Origin: Methyloversatilis universalis
GTDB lineage: Bacteria > Pseudomonadota > Gammaproteobacteria > Methylococcales > Methylococcaceae
Assembly: GCA_020723665.1 (NCBI GenBank)
Contig: DYIL01000002.1
Span: 40,188 to 104,187, forward strand
DNA: 64,000 nucleotides
Direction of reading: 5' to 3'
How positions within the stretch are numbered: the first letter of the stretch is position 1; every line of letters begins with the position of its first letter. Shown piece after piece: positions 6,981 through 16,528 of this stretch. Position numbers and translations under genes: made by a program. Below the pieces are notes generated by a model, which had not been told where the DNA came from, made no database searches, and saw only the letters and a list, made by a program, of their open reading frames with translations.

Positions 6981-9419
6981 ATGAAAAAACAGAAACTCAT
7001 CGTCATCGGCAATGGCATGGCCGGCATCCGAACCGTGGAGGAGTTGCTCAAAATCGCTCCCGACGCCTACGACATCACCGTGTTCGGCGCCGAACCGTAC
7101 TGCAATTACAACCGTATCCTGCTGTCCCCGGTGCTGGCCGGCGAGAAAAAGCTGGACGACATCATTCTCAACGACGATGCCTGGTACGAGTCGAACGGCA
7201 TCGCCCTGCACAAGGGCCGGAAAGTCGTCGCGATCGATCGCCGCCGGCGCCTGGTACGCACCGAGGACGGCCTGGAGGCCAACTACGATCGGCTGCTGCT
7301 CGCCACCGGCTCCACCCCTTTCATGCTCCCGGTACCCGGCAGAGACCTTCCAGGCGTGATCGGATTTCGCGACATCCGCGATGTGGAACTGATGTTGGAA
7401 GCATCGCAAAAATACCACCGCGCGGTCGTCATCGGGGGCGGCCTACTGGGACTGGAAGCGGCCAATGGGCTGAAAAAACGGGGGATGGCGGTCACCGTGG
7501 TGCATCTCCTCGACACGCTGATGGAAAGGCAGCTCGACAAGCCAGCCGCCGACCTCTTGAAACGCGCGCTCGAGGACAGCGGCCTCGAGTTCCGCATGGA
7601 GGCGGAGACCGCGGCCATACTCGGCCGCGATCGTGTCACCGGCGTGCGTTTCAAGGACGGCTCGGAAATTCCGGCCGATCTGGTAGTCATGGCGGTGGGC
7701 ATACGCCCCAACGTCGACCTGGCCAAGAGCGCCGGCATCCATTGCGAGCGCGGCATTTTGGTCAGCGACACGCTACAGACCTTCGATCCCCGCATCTATG
7801 CCGTCGGCGAGTGCGTGCAGCACCGGAAACAGCTTTTCGGGCTGGTGGCCCCGCTGTTCGAACAGGCCAGAGTGTGCGCGAATCACTTGGCGGAATACGG
7901 CATCGCGCGGTATGAAGGCTCGGTAACGTCGACCAAGCTGAAAGTAACCGGCATCGACCTTTTCTCGGCCGGCGAATTTCAAGGCGGCAACGGTTACGAA
8001 GAACTCCTGTTCCAGGACCCTGCTCGCGGCATCTACAAGAAGCTGGTAATCGAATCCAACCGCATCAAGGGCGCCGTGCTTTACGGAGACACCGGCGACG
8101 GTGCCTGGTATTTCCAGATGATGCGCGACGGTACCGATATCTCCGCTTTCCGGGAAAACATCCTGTTCGGACAGGCGCACTTGGGCGACGCCGGCCATGG
8201 CGCGGACAACCGCGCGGCGCTCATGCCGGACACGGCCGAGGTCTGCGGCTGCAACGGCGTCTGCAAGAAGACCATCGTCGACGCCATCGTTCAGAAAAAG
8301 CTGTTCACCCTGGAGGACGTGCGAGCCCATACCAAAGCTTCGGCGTCCTGCGGCTCGTGTACCGGCTTGGTCGAGCAGATTCTGCAAAGCACCCTGGGCA
8401 GCGATTATTCGGTCAGCCCGGCCAAGAAGCCACTGTGCAAGTGCACCGACCACACCCACGAAGAAGTACGGGAGGCCATTCGCTCGCAAAATCTGAAGAC
8501 GATTCCCGAGGTCATGCGGTTCCTCGACTGGAAAACCGCCGACGGCTGCCATTCCTGCCGTCCCGCGCTCAATTACTATCTGCTCTGCCAGTGGCCCAAC
8601 GAATACCGGGACGATCCCCAGTCGCGCTTCATCAACGAGCGGGCTCACGCCAATATCCAGAAGGACGGCACCTATTCCGTGGTGCCGCGCATCTGGGGCG
8701 GCGTCACCAATCCTCGCGAGCTGCGCGCCATCGCCGATGTCGCGGAGAAGTTCGAGGTTCCGATGGTCAAGATCACCGGCGGCCAACGCATCGATCTCCT
8801 GGGCGTTCCGAAAGAACAGCTTCCGGCGATTTGGGCCGAGCTCGGCAAGCACGGCCTCGTGTCCGGCCACGCCTACGGCAAGTCCCTGCGCACCGTCAAA
8901 ACCTGCGTCGGCAAGGAATGGTGCCGTTTCGGTACGCAGGACTCGACCAAAATGGGGATCGCGCTCGAAAAAATGACCTGGGGTTCATGGACGCCGGCCA
9001 AAGTCAAGATGGCGGTATCCGGCTGCCCGCGCAACTGCGCCGAGGCGACGATCAAGGACTTCGGCGTGGTGGCGGTGGATTCCGGCTGGGAACTTCACGT
9101 GGGCGGCAACGGCGGTGTCAAGGTCCGCGCCACCGATTTTCTGTGCAAGGTCGATACGGAAGAGGAAGTGATGGAATACTGCGGCGCCTACCTGCAGCTC
9201 TACCGGGAAGAAGCCCGTTATCTGGAGCGGACCGCTCACTGGATCGAACGCGTCGGTCTCGCTTATATCCAAGAGCGCGTCGTCTCGGACCCGGAAAGCC
9301 GACGTGCCTTGTACGAGCGGTTCCTCGAATCGCAGAGAAGCGCCCAGATCGACCCTTGGTCGGTGCTCGCCCGGGAGTCCGAACGGCGCCACTTCGAGCC
9401 TTTGAGGAAAGTAGGATGA
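6981..9419 (+). CDS. nirB: NAD(P)H-dependent assimilatory nitrite reductase large subunit
   Basis: 812 aa. FAD/NAD fold (KLIVIGNGMAGIRTVEEL), BFD-like Cys cluster (CGCNGVCK...CGSCTG) and a C-terminal sirohaem/4Fe-4S domain (TCVGKEWCRFG..SGCPRNCAEA). Confidence 0.95.
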   Translation: MKKQKLIVIGNGMAGIRTVEELLKIAPDAYDITVFGAEPYCNYNRILLSPVLAGEKKLDDIILNDDAWYESNGIALHKGRKVVAIDRRRRLVRTEDGLEANYDRLLLATGSTPFMLPVPGRDLPGVIGFRDIRDVELMLEASQKYHRAVVIGGGLLGLEAANGLKKRGMAVTVVHLLDTLMERQLDKPAADLLKRALEDSGLEFRMEAETAAILGRDRVTGVRFKDGSEIPADLVVMAVGIRPNVDLAKSAGIHCERGILVSDTLQTFDPRIYAVGECVQHRKQLFGLVAPLFEQARVCANHLAEYGIARYEGSVTSTKLKVTGIDLFSAGEFQGGNGYEELLFQDPARGIYKKLVIESNRIKGAVLYGDTGDGAWYFQMMRDGTDISAFRENILFGQAHLGDAGHGADNRAALMPDTAEVCGCNGVCKKTIVDAIVQKKLFTLEDVRAHTKASASCGSCTGLVEQILQSTLGSDYSVSPAKKPLCKCTDHTHEEVREAIRSQNLKTIPEVMRFLDWKTADGCHSCRPALNYYLLCQWPNEYRDDPQSRFINERAHANIQKDGTYSVVPRIWGGVTNPRELRAIADVAEKFEVPMVKITGGQRIDLLGVPKEQLPAIWAELGKHGLVSGHAYGKSLRTVKTCVGKEWCRFGTQDSTKMGIALEKMTWGSWTPAKVKMAVSGCPRNCAEATIKDFGVVAVDSGWELHVGGNGGVKVRATDFLCKVDTEEEVMEYCGAYLQLYREEARYLERTAHWIERVGLAYIQERVVSDPESRRALYERFLESQRSAQIDPWSVLARESERRHFEPLRKVG

Positions 9420-9745
9420 ATGCCATGACCGACTGGATCGAAATCGGACAGATCGAAGACATCCCCCGGCAAGGCTCGCGCGTCGTGGCGACGCCGAACG
9501 GCAATGTGGCGGTATTCCGTACGGTCGACGATGAAATCTTCGCCGTCCGCGATGTCTGTCCGCACAAAGGAGGCCCCCTCTCCCAGGGCATCGTCTGCGG
9601 CAAGCGAGTGGCCTGTCCGCTGCACAACTGGGTGATCGACCTCGCGTCCGGTGAAGCCGCTCCGCCGGACGAGGGTCGGACGGCGTGCTTTCCGGTGAAG
9701 GCGGTGGAGGGAAGATTGTGGCTGAAACTCGTTGGATCGGAATGA
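9416..9745 (+). CDS. nirD: Nitrite reductase small subunit (Rieske-like)
   Basis: 109 aa: MNAMTDWIEIGQIEDIPRQGSRVV...CPHKGGPLSQG...CPLHNW. ATGA overlap with the nirB stop. Hidden inside a longer wrong-start ORF in the track. Confidence 0.9.
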   Translation: MNAMTDWIEIGQIEDIPRQGSRVVATPNGNVAVFRTVDDEIFAVRDVCPHKGGPLSQGIVCGKRVACPLHNWVIDLASGEAAPPDEGRTACFPVKAVEGRLWLKLVGSE

Positions 9746-9884
9746 GGCTGACTTTCGGAAACGGCCCCACCTTATCCTGGTTTGCCCCTTCCAGCGCCGT
9801 GCTGTCCATCGAGCTTGAAATGAAGATGGGCACGGCCTGTCGGCTTTTGCCTATCCTACGTCTGGATGTTAGAGGAAGAGAAGC

Positions 9885-12611
9885 TTGAGTTCTGCACCAT
9901 TTTCGAATCCGTCCTTGACAAGGGAAAACGGCGCTATCGCCACCACCTGCCCTTACTGCGGCGTCGGCTGCGGCGTCCTTGCCACGGCGCGCGGTCCGGA
10001 CTCAGCCGACATCAAGGGCGATCCGGAGCATCCGTCCAACTTCGGCCGGCTTTGCTCCAAGGGCTCGTCGCTCGGTGAGACGCTGTCGCTGCAAACTCGG
10101 CTGCTTTATCCCGAAATCAACGGCCGACGGGTGAGCTGGGACGAGGCGCTCGCGACCGTCGCCGATACCTTTCGGCGAATCATCGACACTCACGGTCCCG
10201 ACTCGGTGGGGTTTTACGTCTCCGGCCAACTCTTGACCGAAGATTATTACGTCGCGAACAAGCTGATGAAGGGTTACATCGGCTCGGGAAACATCGACAC
10301 CAATTCGCGCCTCTGTATGTCGTCCACGGTCGCGGCCCAGAAACGGGCGTTCGGCGAGGATGTCGTCCCCGGCTGTTACGAGGACCTGGAACTTGCCGAC
10401 CTCGTCGTCCTGGTCGGCTCCAATGCGGCCTGGTGCCATCCCGTTTTGTTTCAGCGCCTGGTCGCGGCCAAACGGCTAAACCCGCGCCAGAAGATCGTCA
10501 ACATCGATCCGCGCCGGACCGCGACCGGTCGGTCCGCCGATCTGCACCTGTCGATCCGGCCGGGTACCGATGCGGTTTTGTTCAACGGGCTGCTGAATTA
10601 TCTTCGTCGGCACGACAGCATCGATTTCGGCTTCTTGGAAAATCGTCTGAGCCACTATGCCGAAGCGTTCGAGACCGCGCGCAAGACGGCGCCGTCTCTG
10701 CCCGCTGTCGCCAGGATCTGTGGTATTCGGGAAGAGGACCTCGCGATTTTCTACCAATGGTTCGCCCGCACCGAGAAAGTCGTTACCGCCTGGTCGCAGG
10801 GAGTCAACCAGTCGTCCAGCGGCACCGACAAGGTCAACAGCATCATCAACGTCCATCTGGCCACCGGGCGGATCGGCAAGCCCGGCACGGGACCTTTGTC
10901 CTTGACCGGTCAGCCGAACGCCATGGGCGGACGCGAGGTCGGCGGGCTCGCCAACCAGCTCGCGGCGCATCTCGACATCGAGAATCCCGAACACCGGAAA
11001 CTAGTACAGACCTTCTGGAATGCGCCGCGCATGGCGGAGAAACCCGGGCTCAAGGCGGTGGAGATGTTTCAGGCAATCGCAGAAGGACGCATCAAGGCTG
11101 TCTGGATCATGGCCACCAATCCGGCGGTCAGCCTGCCGGACGTGAACGCGGTGCGAGCTGCGCTCGGCCGCTGCGAATTCGTCGTGGTGTCCGACTGCGA
11201 GTCGGGCACGGACTTGAGCGCCTACGCCCATGTGAGTCTGCCGGCACTGGCGTGGGGCGAAAAAGACGGCACCGTGACCAACTCCGAACGGCGTATTTCC
11301 CGCCAGCGAGCGTTTCTGCCGCCACCCGGGGAAGCCAAGCCGGATTGGTGGATCATCAGCCGGGTCGCCCAGCGAATGGGTTACGACAACGATTTTAACT
11401 ACCAATCGGCCTGGGAAATTTTTCTAGAGCACGCCCGATTGTCCGGATTTCGGAATAACGGTGAACGCATGTTCGATATTTCAGGCTTGGCAGAACTCGA
11501 CCGAGTCGGCTACGACGCCTTGAGGCCGATCCAATGGCCGGTAAACGAACGCCATCCGAACGGCGCCGCGCGTCTGTTCGGCAACGGCGGATTCTCATTC
11601 TCGGACCGTCGCGCCAGACTGGTGCCGGTCGTCCCCAAAGCCCCAGCCAATCTTCCCGGTCCGGCTTATCCGCTGGTGCTCAACACCGGGCGCATTCGCG
11701 ATCAGTGGCACACCATGACCCGCACCAGCAAAACGGCTCGGCTGACGAAGCATCTTCCCGAGCCGTATGCGGAACTGAATCCGCACGATGCCGCCCGCTA
11801 CGCCGTTCCGGACGGCTCGCTGGTCCGGCTGGAAAGCCGGTTCGGACAAGCCCTGGTCCGGGCGCGCGTCACCGAAGATCAGCAACAGGGGTCGGTATTC
11901 GTTCCGATGCACTGGAGCGGCCCCCATGCCAACAAAGGCTTGATCAACGCCTTGGTCAACCCTGCGGTCGATCCCGTCTCCGGAGAGCCGGAATCGAAGC
12001 ACACGCCCATACGAATCGAACCCTACCGGCCGGCGTGGCACGGCTTCGTACTATCGCGCGAGCCGTTGGACGCTATCGAGGTCGACTACCGGGTTACGAC
12101 GCGCGGGGACGGTCACTGGCTTTACGAACTCGCACATTCCGAACCTCCGCCCGATTGGGCAGCTTGGATCCGCGGATTATGCGCCCAGCCCTCGGGTTCG
12201 AGCGAATCCGCCTCCGCTGAAACGGTGCACGGCAAGGAGGAATGGCTGCAATTCGCCGATCCTCACTCGGGCCGGTACCGCTGTGCGCTTCTCCACGGCG
12301 GACGTTTGCAGTTTTGCGTCTTTATCGACCGCAGCTTCGAACTGCCGCCGCGCAACTGGCTGGCCGGTCTCTTCTCTCTGGATCGACTCCCCGATCGGAC
12401 CCGCATGAGTCTTTTGGCCGGCAAACCGGCTTCCGCGGAGGACGATCAGGGACGTATCGTCTGCTCCTGCTTCAGCGTGGGCATCAACACCCTGAAACGC
12501 GCCATTCGAAAGCAAAATCTAACGACCACCGAACAGATTGGTGCAGCGCTCAAAGCCGGAACCAACTGCGGTTCCTGCATTCCCGAGATCAAGTCCTTGT
12601 TGCAAGGGTAA
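9885..12611 (+). CDS. nasA: Assimilatory nitrate reductase catalytic subunit (molybdopterin, with C-terminal BFD-like 2Fe-2S domain)
   Basis: 908 aa. N-terminal 4Fe-4S motif CPYCGVGCG...C and an MopB body. C-terminus is CSCFSVGINTLKRAI...GTNCGSCIPEI. TTG start preceded by GAGGAAGAG. Confidence 0.9.
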   Translation: MSSAPFSNPSLTRENGAIATTCPYCGVGCGVLATARGPDSADIKGDPEHPSNFGRLCSKGSSLGETLSLQTRLLYPEINGRRVSWDEALATVADTFRRIIDTHGPDSVGFYVSGQLLTEDYYVANKLMKGYIGSGNIDTNSRLCMSSTVAAQKRAFGEDVVPGCYEDLELADLVVLVGSNAAWCHPVLFQRLVAAKRLNPRQKIVNIDPRRTATGRSADLHLSIRPGTDAVLFNGLLNYLRRHDSIDFGFLENRLSHYAEAFETARKTAPSLPAVARICGIREEDLAIFYQWFARTEKVVTAWSQGVNQSSSGTDKVNSIINVHLATGRIGKPGTGPLSLTGQPNAMGGREVGGLANQLAAHLDIENPEHRKLVQTFWNAPRMAEKPGLKAVEMFQAIAEGRIKAVWIMATNPAVSLPDVNAVRAALGRCEFVVVSDCESGTDLSAYAHVSLPALAWGEKDGTVTNSERRISRQRAFLPPPGEAKPDWWIISRVAQRMGYDNDFNYQSAWEIFLEHARLSGFRNNGERMFDISGLAELDRVGYDALRPIQWPVNERHPNGAARLFGNGGFSFSDRRARLVPVVPKAPANLPGPAYPLVLNTGRIRDQWHTMTRTSKTARLTKHLPEPYAELNPHDAARYAVPDGSLVRLESRFGQALVRARVTEDQQQGSVFVPMHWSGPHANKGLINALVNPAVDPVSGEPESKHTPIRIEPYRPAWHGFVLSREPLDAIEVDYRVTTRGDGHWLYELAHSEPPPDWAAWIRGLCAQPSGSSESASAETVHGKEEWLQFADPHSGRYRCALLHGGRLQFCVFIDRSFELPPRNWLAGLFSLDRLPDRTRMSLLAGKPASAEDDQGRIVCSCFSVGINTLKRAIRKQNLTTTEQIGAALKAGTNCGSCIPEIKSLLQG

Positions 12612-12750
12612 AAGAGAAGCGCCGCTTCGCTCGACCACACAGGCGAACCATGCTTCGCGTCATTACATTTCAACGGCTTATGCCCCAACTTGAGGCGTCG
12701 CTTCTCCGAGCCTAGACGCGGATCGGCGTTCTCGTGCCGACAGTTCATAT

Positions 12751-12766
12751 TGGCACAACATATGCC
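12751..12766 (+). promoter_or_regulatory. sigma54 (-24/-12) promoter upstream of nasS-nasT
   Basis: TGGCACAACATATGCC, with GG (12752-53) and GC (12764-65) at consensus spacing. It lies 113 nt upstream of the nasS ATG. Confidence 0.5.
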
Positions 12767-12878
12767 TTAGACAGACTATCGGGACGGGCTATTCACCCCT
12801 TAGCCGCTAACGGAGCCCATCGGCTTTCGATATTTCACATTTTTCCCCGAAAGTTTTGGACAAGGAGACCCCTAACTC

Positions 12879-14204
12879 ATGAACTCGGTTCCCCCATGGC
12901 TCCGACCTGCCGTTCGCGCGGCGGGCGGCGAAGGACTCGAGAAACCCCGGATCGACCTCGGCTTCATTCCGCTGACGGACTGCGCGCCGCTGGTGATCGC
13001 CGAGGAAAAAGGCTTTTTTCGAAAACATGGGCTCGAGGTCAGGCTGTTCCGGGAAGTATCCTGGGCCAACATTCGCGACAAAGTCTTCGCCGGCTTGCTC
13101 GACGGCGGCCATATGCTGGCGCCCATGCCCATCGCCACGACGCTCGGCCTCGGAGAACTGAAGAAACCGACCATCACCGCGCTTTCCCTGGATCTGAACG
13201 GCAACGCCATCACCGTGTCTCAGAATTTATACCGGCGCATGGCCGAACTCGATCCGGAGGCCGCAGCCGAGCGCTCCATGTGCGTTCGCGCACTGAAGAA
13301 GATCATCGAGGCCGATCGAAAGACGGGACGCGAGCCCCTGTGCTTCGCGACGGTTTTCCCGTTTTCCCCGCACAATTACATGCTGCGCTACTGGTTGGCC
13401 GCGGGCGGCATCGACCCGGACCGGGACGTGCGCTTGGTGGTCATTCCGCCGCCCCACATGGTCGACTATTTGAGCGGCGGCGAGATCGACGGTTATTGCG
13501 TCGGCGAGCCCTGGAATGCGCAGGCGGTGGCGAAAGGCGTCGGACGCACGCTGATCACCGACTATGAAATCTGGAACAACAAGCCGGAAAAAGTGCTAGG
13601 CGTGAACCGCGACTGGGCCGAACGGCACCCCAACACTCACCGCGCCTTGCTGATGGCGCTCCTCGAATCGGCGCAATGGATAGACCGGCCCGAAAACCGT
13701 ATCGAAGTGGCCGAAATTCTGGCGCGCGAGGACTATGTCAGCGCGCCGGCGGACGTCGTGAAAATGTCCATGACCGGCTCGTTTCATTACCAAATCGATG
13801 CCGAACCGGCACCGCTCCCCGACTTCAACGTGTTCTTCCGCTACGCGGCGACGTTTCCGTGGCGCTCGCATGCCGTGTGGTTCATCACGCAGATGTACCG
13901 CTGGGGACAGTTGCGCGACCCCATCGAGATTCGCAAGCTCGCGGAAGAGGTCTATCGACCCGATCTTTACCGCGAGGCCGCCCAAGCTCTCGGTCTCCCC
14001 TTCCCCACGGTGGACTACAAGACCGAGGGACAACACGACGAGCCTTGGACGCTCCGGGAAGCCACCGAACCGATAGCGCTGGGCAAGGATCGGTTCCTGG
14101 ACGGCGGCGTGTTCGATCCGCTCCGCCCGGTGGACTATCTAGAACAGTTCGCACTTCACAATCGGCAGGTTTCACTGGACGTATTGGCCAAGGTCAATCC
14201 ATGA
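12879..14204 (+). CDS. nasS: NasS-like nitrate/nitrite sensor (NrtA/SsuA-type binding-protein fold, cytoplasmic)
   Basis: 441 aa with no signal peptide. NrtA-like motifs (IDLGFIPLTDCAPLVIAEEKGFFRKHGL, GGEIDGYCVGEPWN). Stop overlaps the nasT ATG (ATGA). Confidence 0.8.
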   Translation: MNSVPPWLRPAVRAAGGEGLEKPRIDLGFIPLTDCAPLVIAEEKGFFRKHGLEVRLFREVSWANIRDKVFAGLLDGGHMLAPMPIATTLGLGELKKPTITALSLDLNGNAITVSQNLYRRMAELDPEAAAERSMCVRALKKIIEADRKTGREPLCFATVFPFSPHNYMLRYWLAAGGIDPDRDVRLVVIPPPHMVDYLSGGEIDGYCVGEPWNAQAVAKGVGRTLITDYEIWNNKPEKVLGVNRDWAERHPNTHRALLMALLESAQWIDRPENRIEVAEILAREDYVSAPADVVKMSMTGSFHYQIDAEPAPLPDFNVFFRYAATFPWRSHAVWFITQMYRWGQLRDPIEIRKLAEEVYRPDLYREAAQALGLPFPTVDYKTEGQHDEPWTLREATEPIALGKDRFLDGGVFDPLRPVDYLEQFALHNRQVSLDVLAKVNP

Positions 14205-14779
14205 GCCTCAGAATCTTGCTGGTCGATCAGGATGCGGCTCGAAGCGCCATATTGGAGCAGGCCTTGCACGATGCCGGCCATCAGGTCGTCGCCCGGATCA
14301 AGCATGGCCACAACCTCCTTCGAGAACTCAAAGAATGCCAACCAGACATCATCATCATGGACTTGGAAGCCCCCGGCCGGGATACCCTTGAACAAATGCG
14401 GGAGATCAGCCGGGACCAGCCGAGGCCGATCATTCTGTTCTCGAACAAGCGCGATAGCGAGTACATCCGTCAGGCCGTACAAGCCGGCGTGAGCGCCTAT
14501 GTCGTGGACGGCCTCAGCCAGGAACGCGTTATGCCCATCGTCGAGGTGGCCATAGCCCGTTTCCGCGAATTCGAAGCCCTCAAGCGCGAGCTCCAGGAAA
14601 CCAAAACCCAGCTCGCCGATCGGAAAGTGGTCGATAAGGCCAAAGGCATTCTGATGCAGCGAAAAGGCTTGAGTGAAGACGAAGCCTATCAGCTGCTCCG
14701 CAAAACAGCCATGAGCCGCAATATGCGCATCGCGGATGTCGCGAGGACCTTGCTCGCCCTGGAAGGACTGACCGACTGA
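14201..14779 (+). CDS. nasT: ANTAR-domain response-regulator antiterminator NasT
   Basis: 192 aa. REC domain (ILLVDQD...IIIMDL) followed by ANTAR (LADRKVVDKAKGILMQRKGLSEDEAYQLLRKTAMSRNMRIADVA). Confidence 0.9.
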   Translation: MSLRILLVDQDAARSAILEQALHDAGHQVVARIKHGHNLLRELKECQPDIIIMDLEAPGRDTLEQMREISRDQPRPIILFSNKRDSEYIRQAVQAGVSAYVVDGLSQERVMPIVEVAIARFREFEALKRELQETKTQLADRKVVDKAKGILMQRKGLSEDEAYQLLRKTAMSRNMRIADVARTLLALEGLTD

Positions 14780-14917
14780 TAAGGCGGCAGGGTTCGCCCG
14801 GCTTTCGCGCATTTCGCACACTTTTGTCGCATACCGTTCATTGCCTCACCCACCATGACGCTGCTCCGCCGCGCTACCTACCGTGATTTCCGTGCCGTTC
14901 CGACGGTCAGACGAACT

Positions 14918-14933
14918 TGGCACGCTTCCTGTT
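14918..14933 (+). promoter_or_regulatory. sigma54-like promoter upstream of the porin gene (imperfect -12)
   Basis: TGGCACGCTTCCTGTT. The -24 element is perfect, but -12 reads GT instead of GC. Together with the downstream TAATTCTC(C)GATA it is paralogous to the narK promoter and leader. Confidence 0.4.
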
Positions 14934-14953
14934 AATTCTCCGATAACAGCCGT

Positions 14954-14995
14954 TGCGCGCCGACGAGGGTGCGCAGACGACGGACAAAGGCGTCC
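14954..14995 (+). promoter_or_regulatory. ANTAR-type dual hexaloop hairpins in the porin leader
   Basis: P1 is TGCGCGCC[GACGAG]GGTGCGCA and P2 is GGAC[AAAGGC]GTCC. P2 overlaps the 5' arm of the terminator. Confidence 0.5.
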
Positions 14996-15032
14996 TCCCG
15001 CGGGCCACAGGCCCGTGGGCGACGCCTTTTTT
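14989..15032 (+). terminator. Leader intrinsic terminator (attenuator) upstream of the porin gene
   Basis: GGCGTCctCCCGCGGGCCacaGGCCCGTGGGcGACGCC followed by TTTTTT. It has the same GGCGTC/GACGCC-TTTTTTATTG ends as the narK leader terminator. Confidence 0.75.
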
Positions 15033-15068
15033 ATTGCTGATCTGATGACAATGATCTGGGGGTACGTC

Positions 15069-16337
15069 ATGCGGATTACCGGGCAGCCGCGGAAGCGCGG
15101 CAGCTTCTTACGGATTCTCTTACTGGGGCTTGCCGCCGCTCGCCCCGTGTTTGCGCAAGGGCTGACTGAAAGTATCGAGAACGCCTTAAACGTCGGGGGA
15201 GGCAAGTTCAACATCGATCTCCGCTATCGCTTCGAATACGTGGATCAAGCCAATTTGCCCGAAGTCGCGAAGGCCGATACCCTCCGCGCGCGGATCGGCT
15301 ATCTCACGCCGACCTTCCAAGGGTTTCAAGCCTTTGCCGAGTACGAGGGCACCCAGGATATCTTCAGCAACGATTACAACAGCACCTGGAACGACAAGAC
15401 CCGCCATCCCGTCATCTCGGATCCTCAGAAAAACGAAGTTAACCAGCTCTGGATCGCATACAGCGGGGTGCCCGAAACGGTTTTCAAAGTCGGGCGTCAA
15501 CGCATCATCTTCGACAACCACCGTTTCATCGGCAACGTGGTCTGGCGCCAGCTCGAGCAGACTTACGACTCTATCGTCATCACCAACACCAGCCTGCCCG
15601 ACACCACGATCACCGCCGGATATCTCTGGAAAGTCCAGGACGTCACTTCACGCACCATCGGCATGAACTCGCCGGTTTTCAACATCGCCTATACCGGCTT
15701 CCCCTACGGCAAGCTGATCGTCCACGGAGAATGGCTGGACTACGACAATGCACGCGAAAGCTACCCCACTCAAACCTTCAATACACTCAGCAATTCCACC
15801 CAAACCGTAGGCGTTCGCTTCGAGGGCACGACGTCCCTCACCGACAATATCAAAGCGCTGTATGCAGCCGAATATGCCTGGCAAGAGGATTACGCCGACA
15901 ATCCCAAGGACTTCAAGGTTGATTACTGGATGGCCGAAGGCGGGCTGGATTTGTGGGGTTTCGTTTTCAAAGGCTCGTTCGAAGAATTGGGCTCAGACAA
16001 CGGCCAGGGTTTCCGCACCCCGCTCGCGACCCTACACGCCTTCCAGGGCTGGGCCGACAAGTTCCTAGTGACGCCGCCCGACGGCATCCGCGACGTGTAC
16101 GGCACCTTCAAGACCAACCTGTACGGCGTGGACTTGTGGTTCATCTATCACGATTTCCGGGACGACACCGGCAGCATCCGCTATGGCGAGGAATTCGACG
16201 TCCAGGTCGAAAAGAAATTCGGCAAGCACTATGCCCTGCTGTTCAAGTTTGCCGACTACAACTCATCCAATCCCAAGGCTTTCGCCGGCAACGTCGATAC
16301 CCAGAAATGGTGGCTGCAGATGGGAATCAGCTTCTGA
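15069..16337 (+). CDS. Outer-membrane beta-barrel porin, alginate-export (AlgE-like) family
   Basis: Start taken at MRITGQPRKRGSFLRILLLGLAAARPVFAQG (signal peptide). Alternating beta-strand pattern, with LRYRFEYVDQ and VGRQRIIFDNHRFIGNVVWRQ typical of the family. C-terminal ...WWLQMGISF ends in an aromatic residue. Confidence 0.7.
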   Translation: MRITGQPRKRGSFLRILLLGLAAARPVFAQGLTESIENALNVGGGKFNIDLRYRFEYVDQANLPEVAKADTLRARIGYLTPTFQGFQAFAEYEGTQDIFSNDYNSTWNDKTRHPVISDPQKNEVNQLWIAYSGVPETVFKVGRQRIIFDNHRFIGNVVWRQLEQTYDSIVITNTSLPDTTITAGYLWKVQDVTSRTIGMNSPVFNIAYTGFPYGKLIVHGEWLDYDNARESYPTQTFNTLSNSTQTVGVRFEGTTSLTDNIKALYAAEYAWQEDYADNPKDFKVDYWMAEGGLDLWGFVFKGSFEELGSDNGQGFRTPLATLHAFQGWADKFLVTPPDGIRDVYGTFKTNLYGVDLWFIYHDFRDDTGSIRYGEEFDVQVEKKFGKHYALLFKFADYNSSNPKAFAGNVDTQKWWLQMGISF

Positions 16338-16407
16338 AAGATATCGTCGACGACTTGTGGTCGGCCGCCGAGCGCAGGATAGTCCAATGTAGGGCTGGGC
16401 TGGGCCG

Positions 16408-16475
16408 GGATAGGCCTGTCCTGAGGTCCTTCGAAGGGCCTCCGTGAGCCTCGACGAAGGGGGGACAGCCATTCC
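16408..16475. repeat. REP-like element, family 2 (CCTTCGA..CTCAGGACAGGCC type), copy A
   Basis: Its reverse complement ggcCCTTCGAaggaCCTCAGGACAGGCCt matches copies at 26632-26730 and 36848-36890. Lies between convergent genes. Confidence 0.55.
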
Positions 16476-16493
16476 CGACACTGCCCTCGGACC

Positions 16494-16520
16494 AAAAAAT
16501 TCAGCTTCCGTTATCGGGAG
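16494..16520 (-). terminator. Possible intrinsic terminator of the mxa operon
   Basis: On the minus strand, CTCCCGataaCGGAAG (one mismatch) then ctgaaTTTTTT, starting 9 nt after the mxaD stop. Confidence 0.4.
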
Positions 16521-16528
16521 TTAAACCT

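Noticed and set aside
9827-9850. TGGGCACGGCCTGTCGGCTTTTGC upstream of nasA, which looks sigma54-like.
   Set aside because: GG and GC are not at the required GG-N10-GC spacing. nasA is more simply read through from nirBD.
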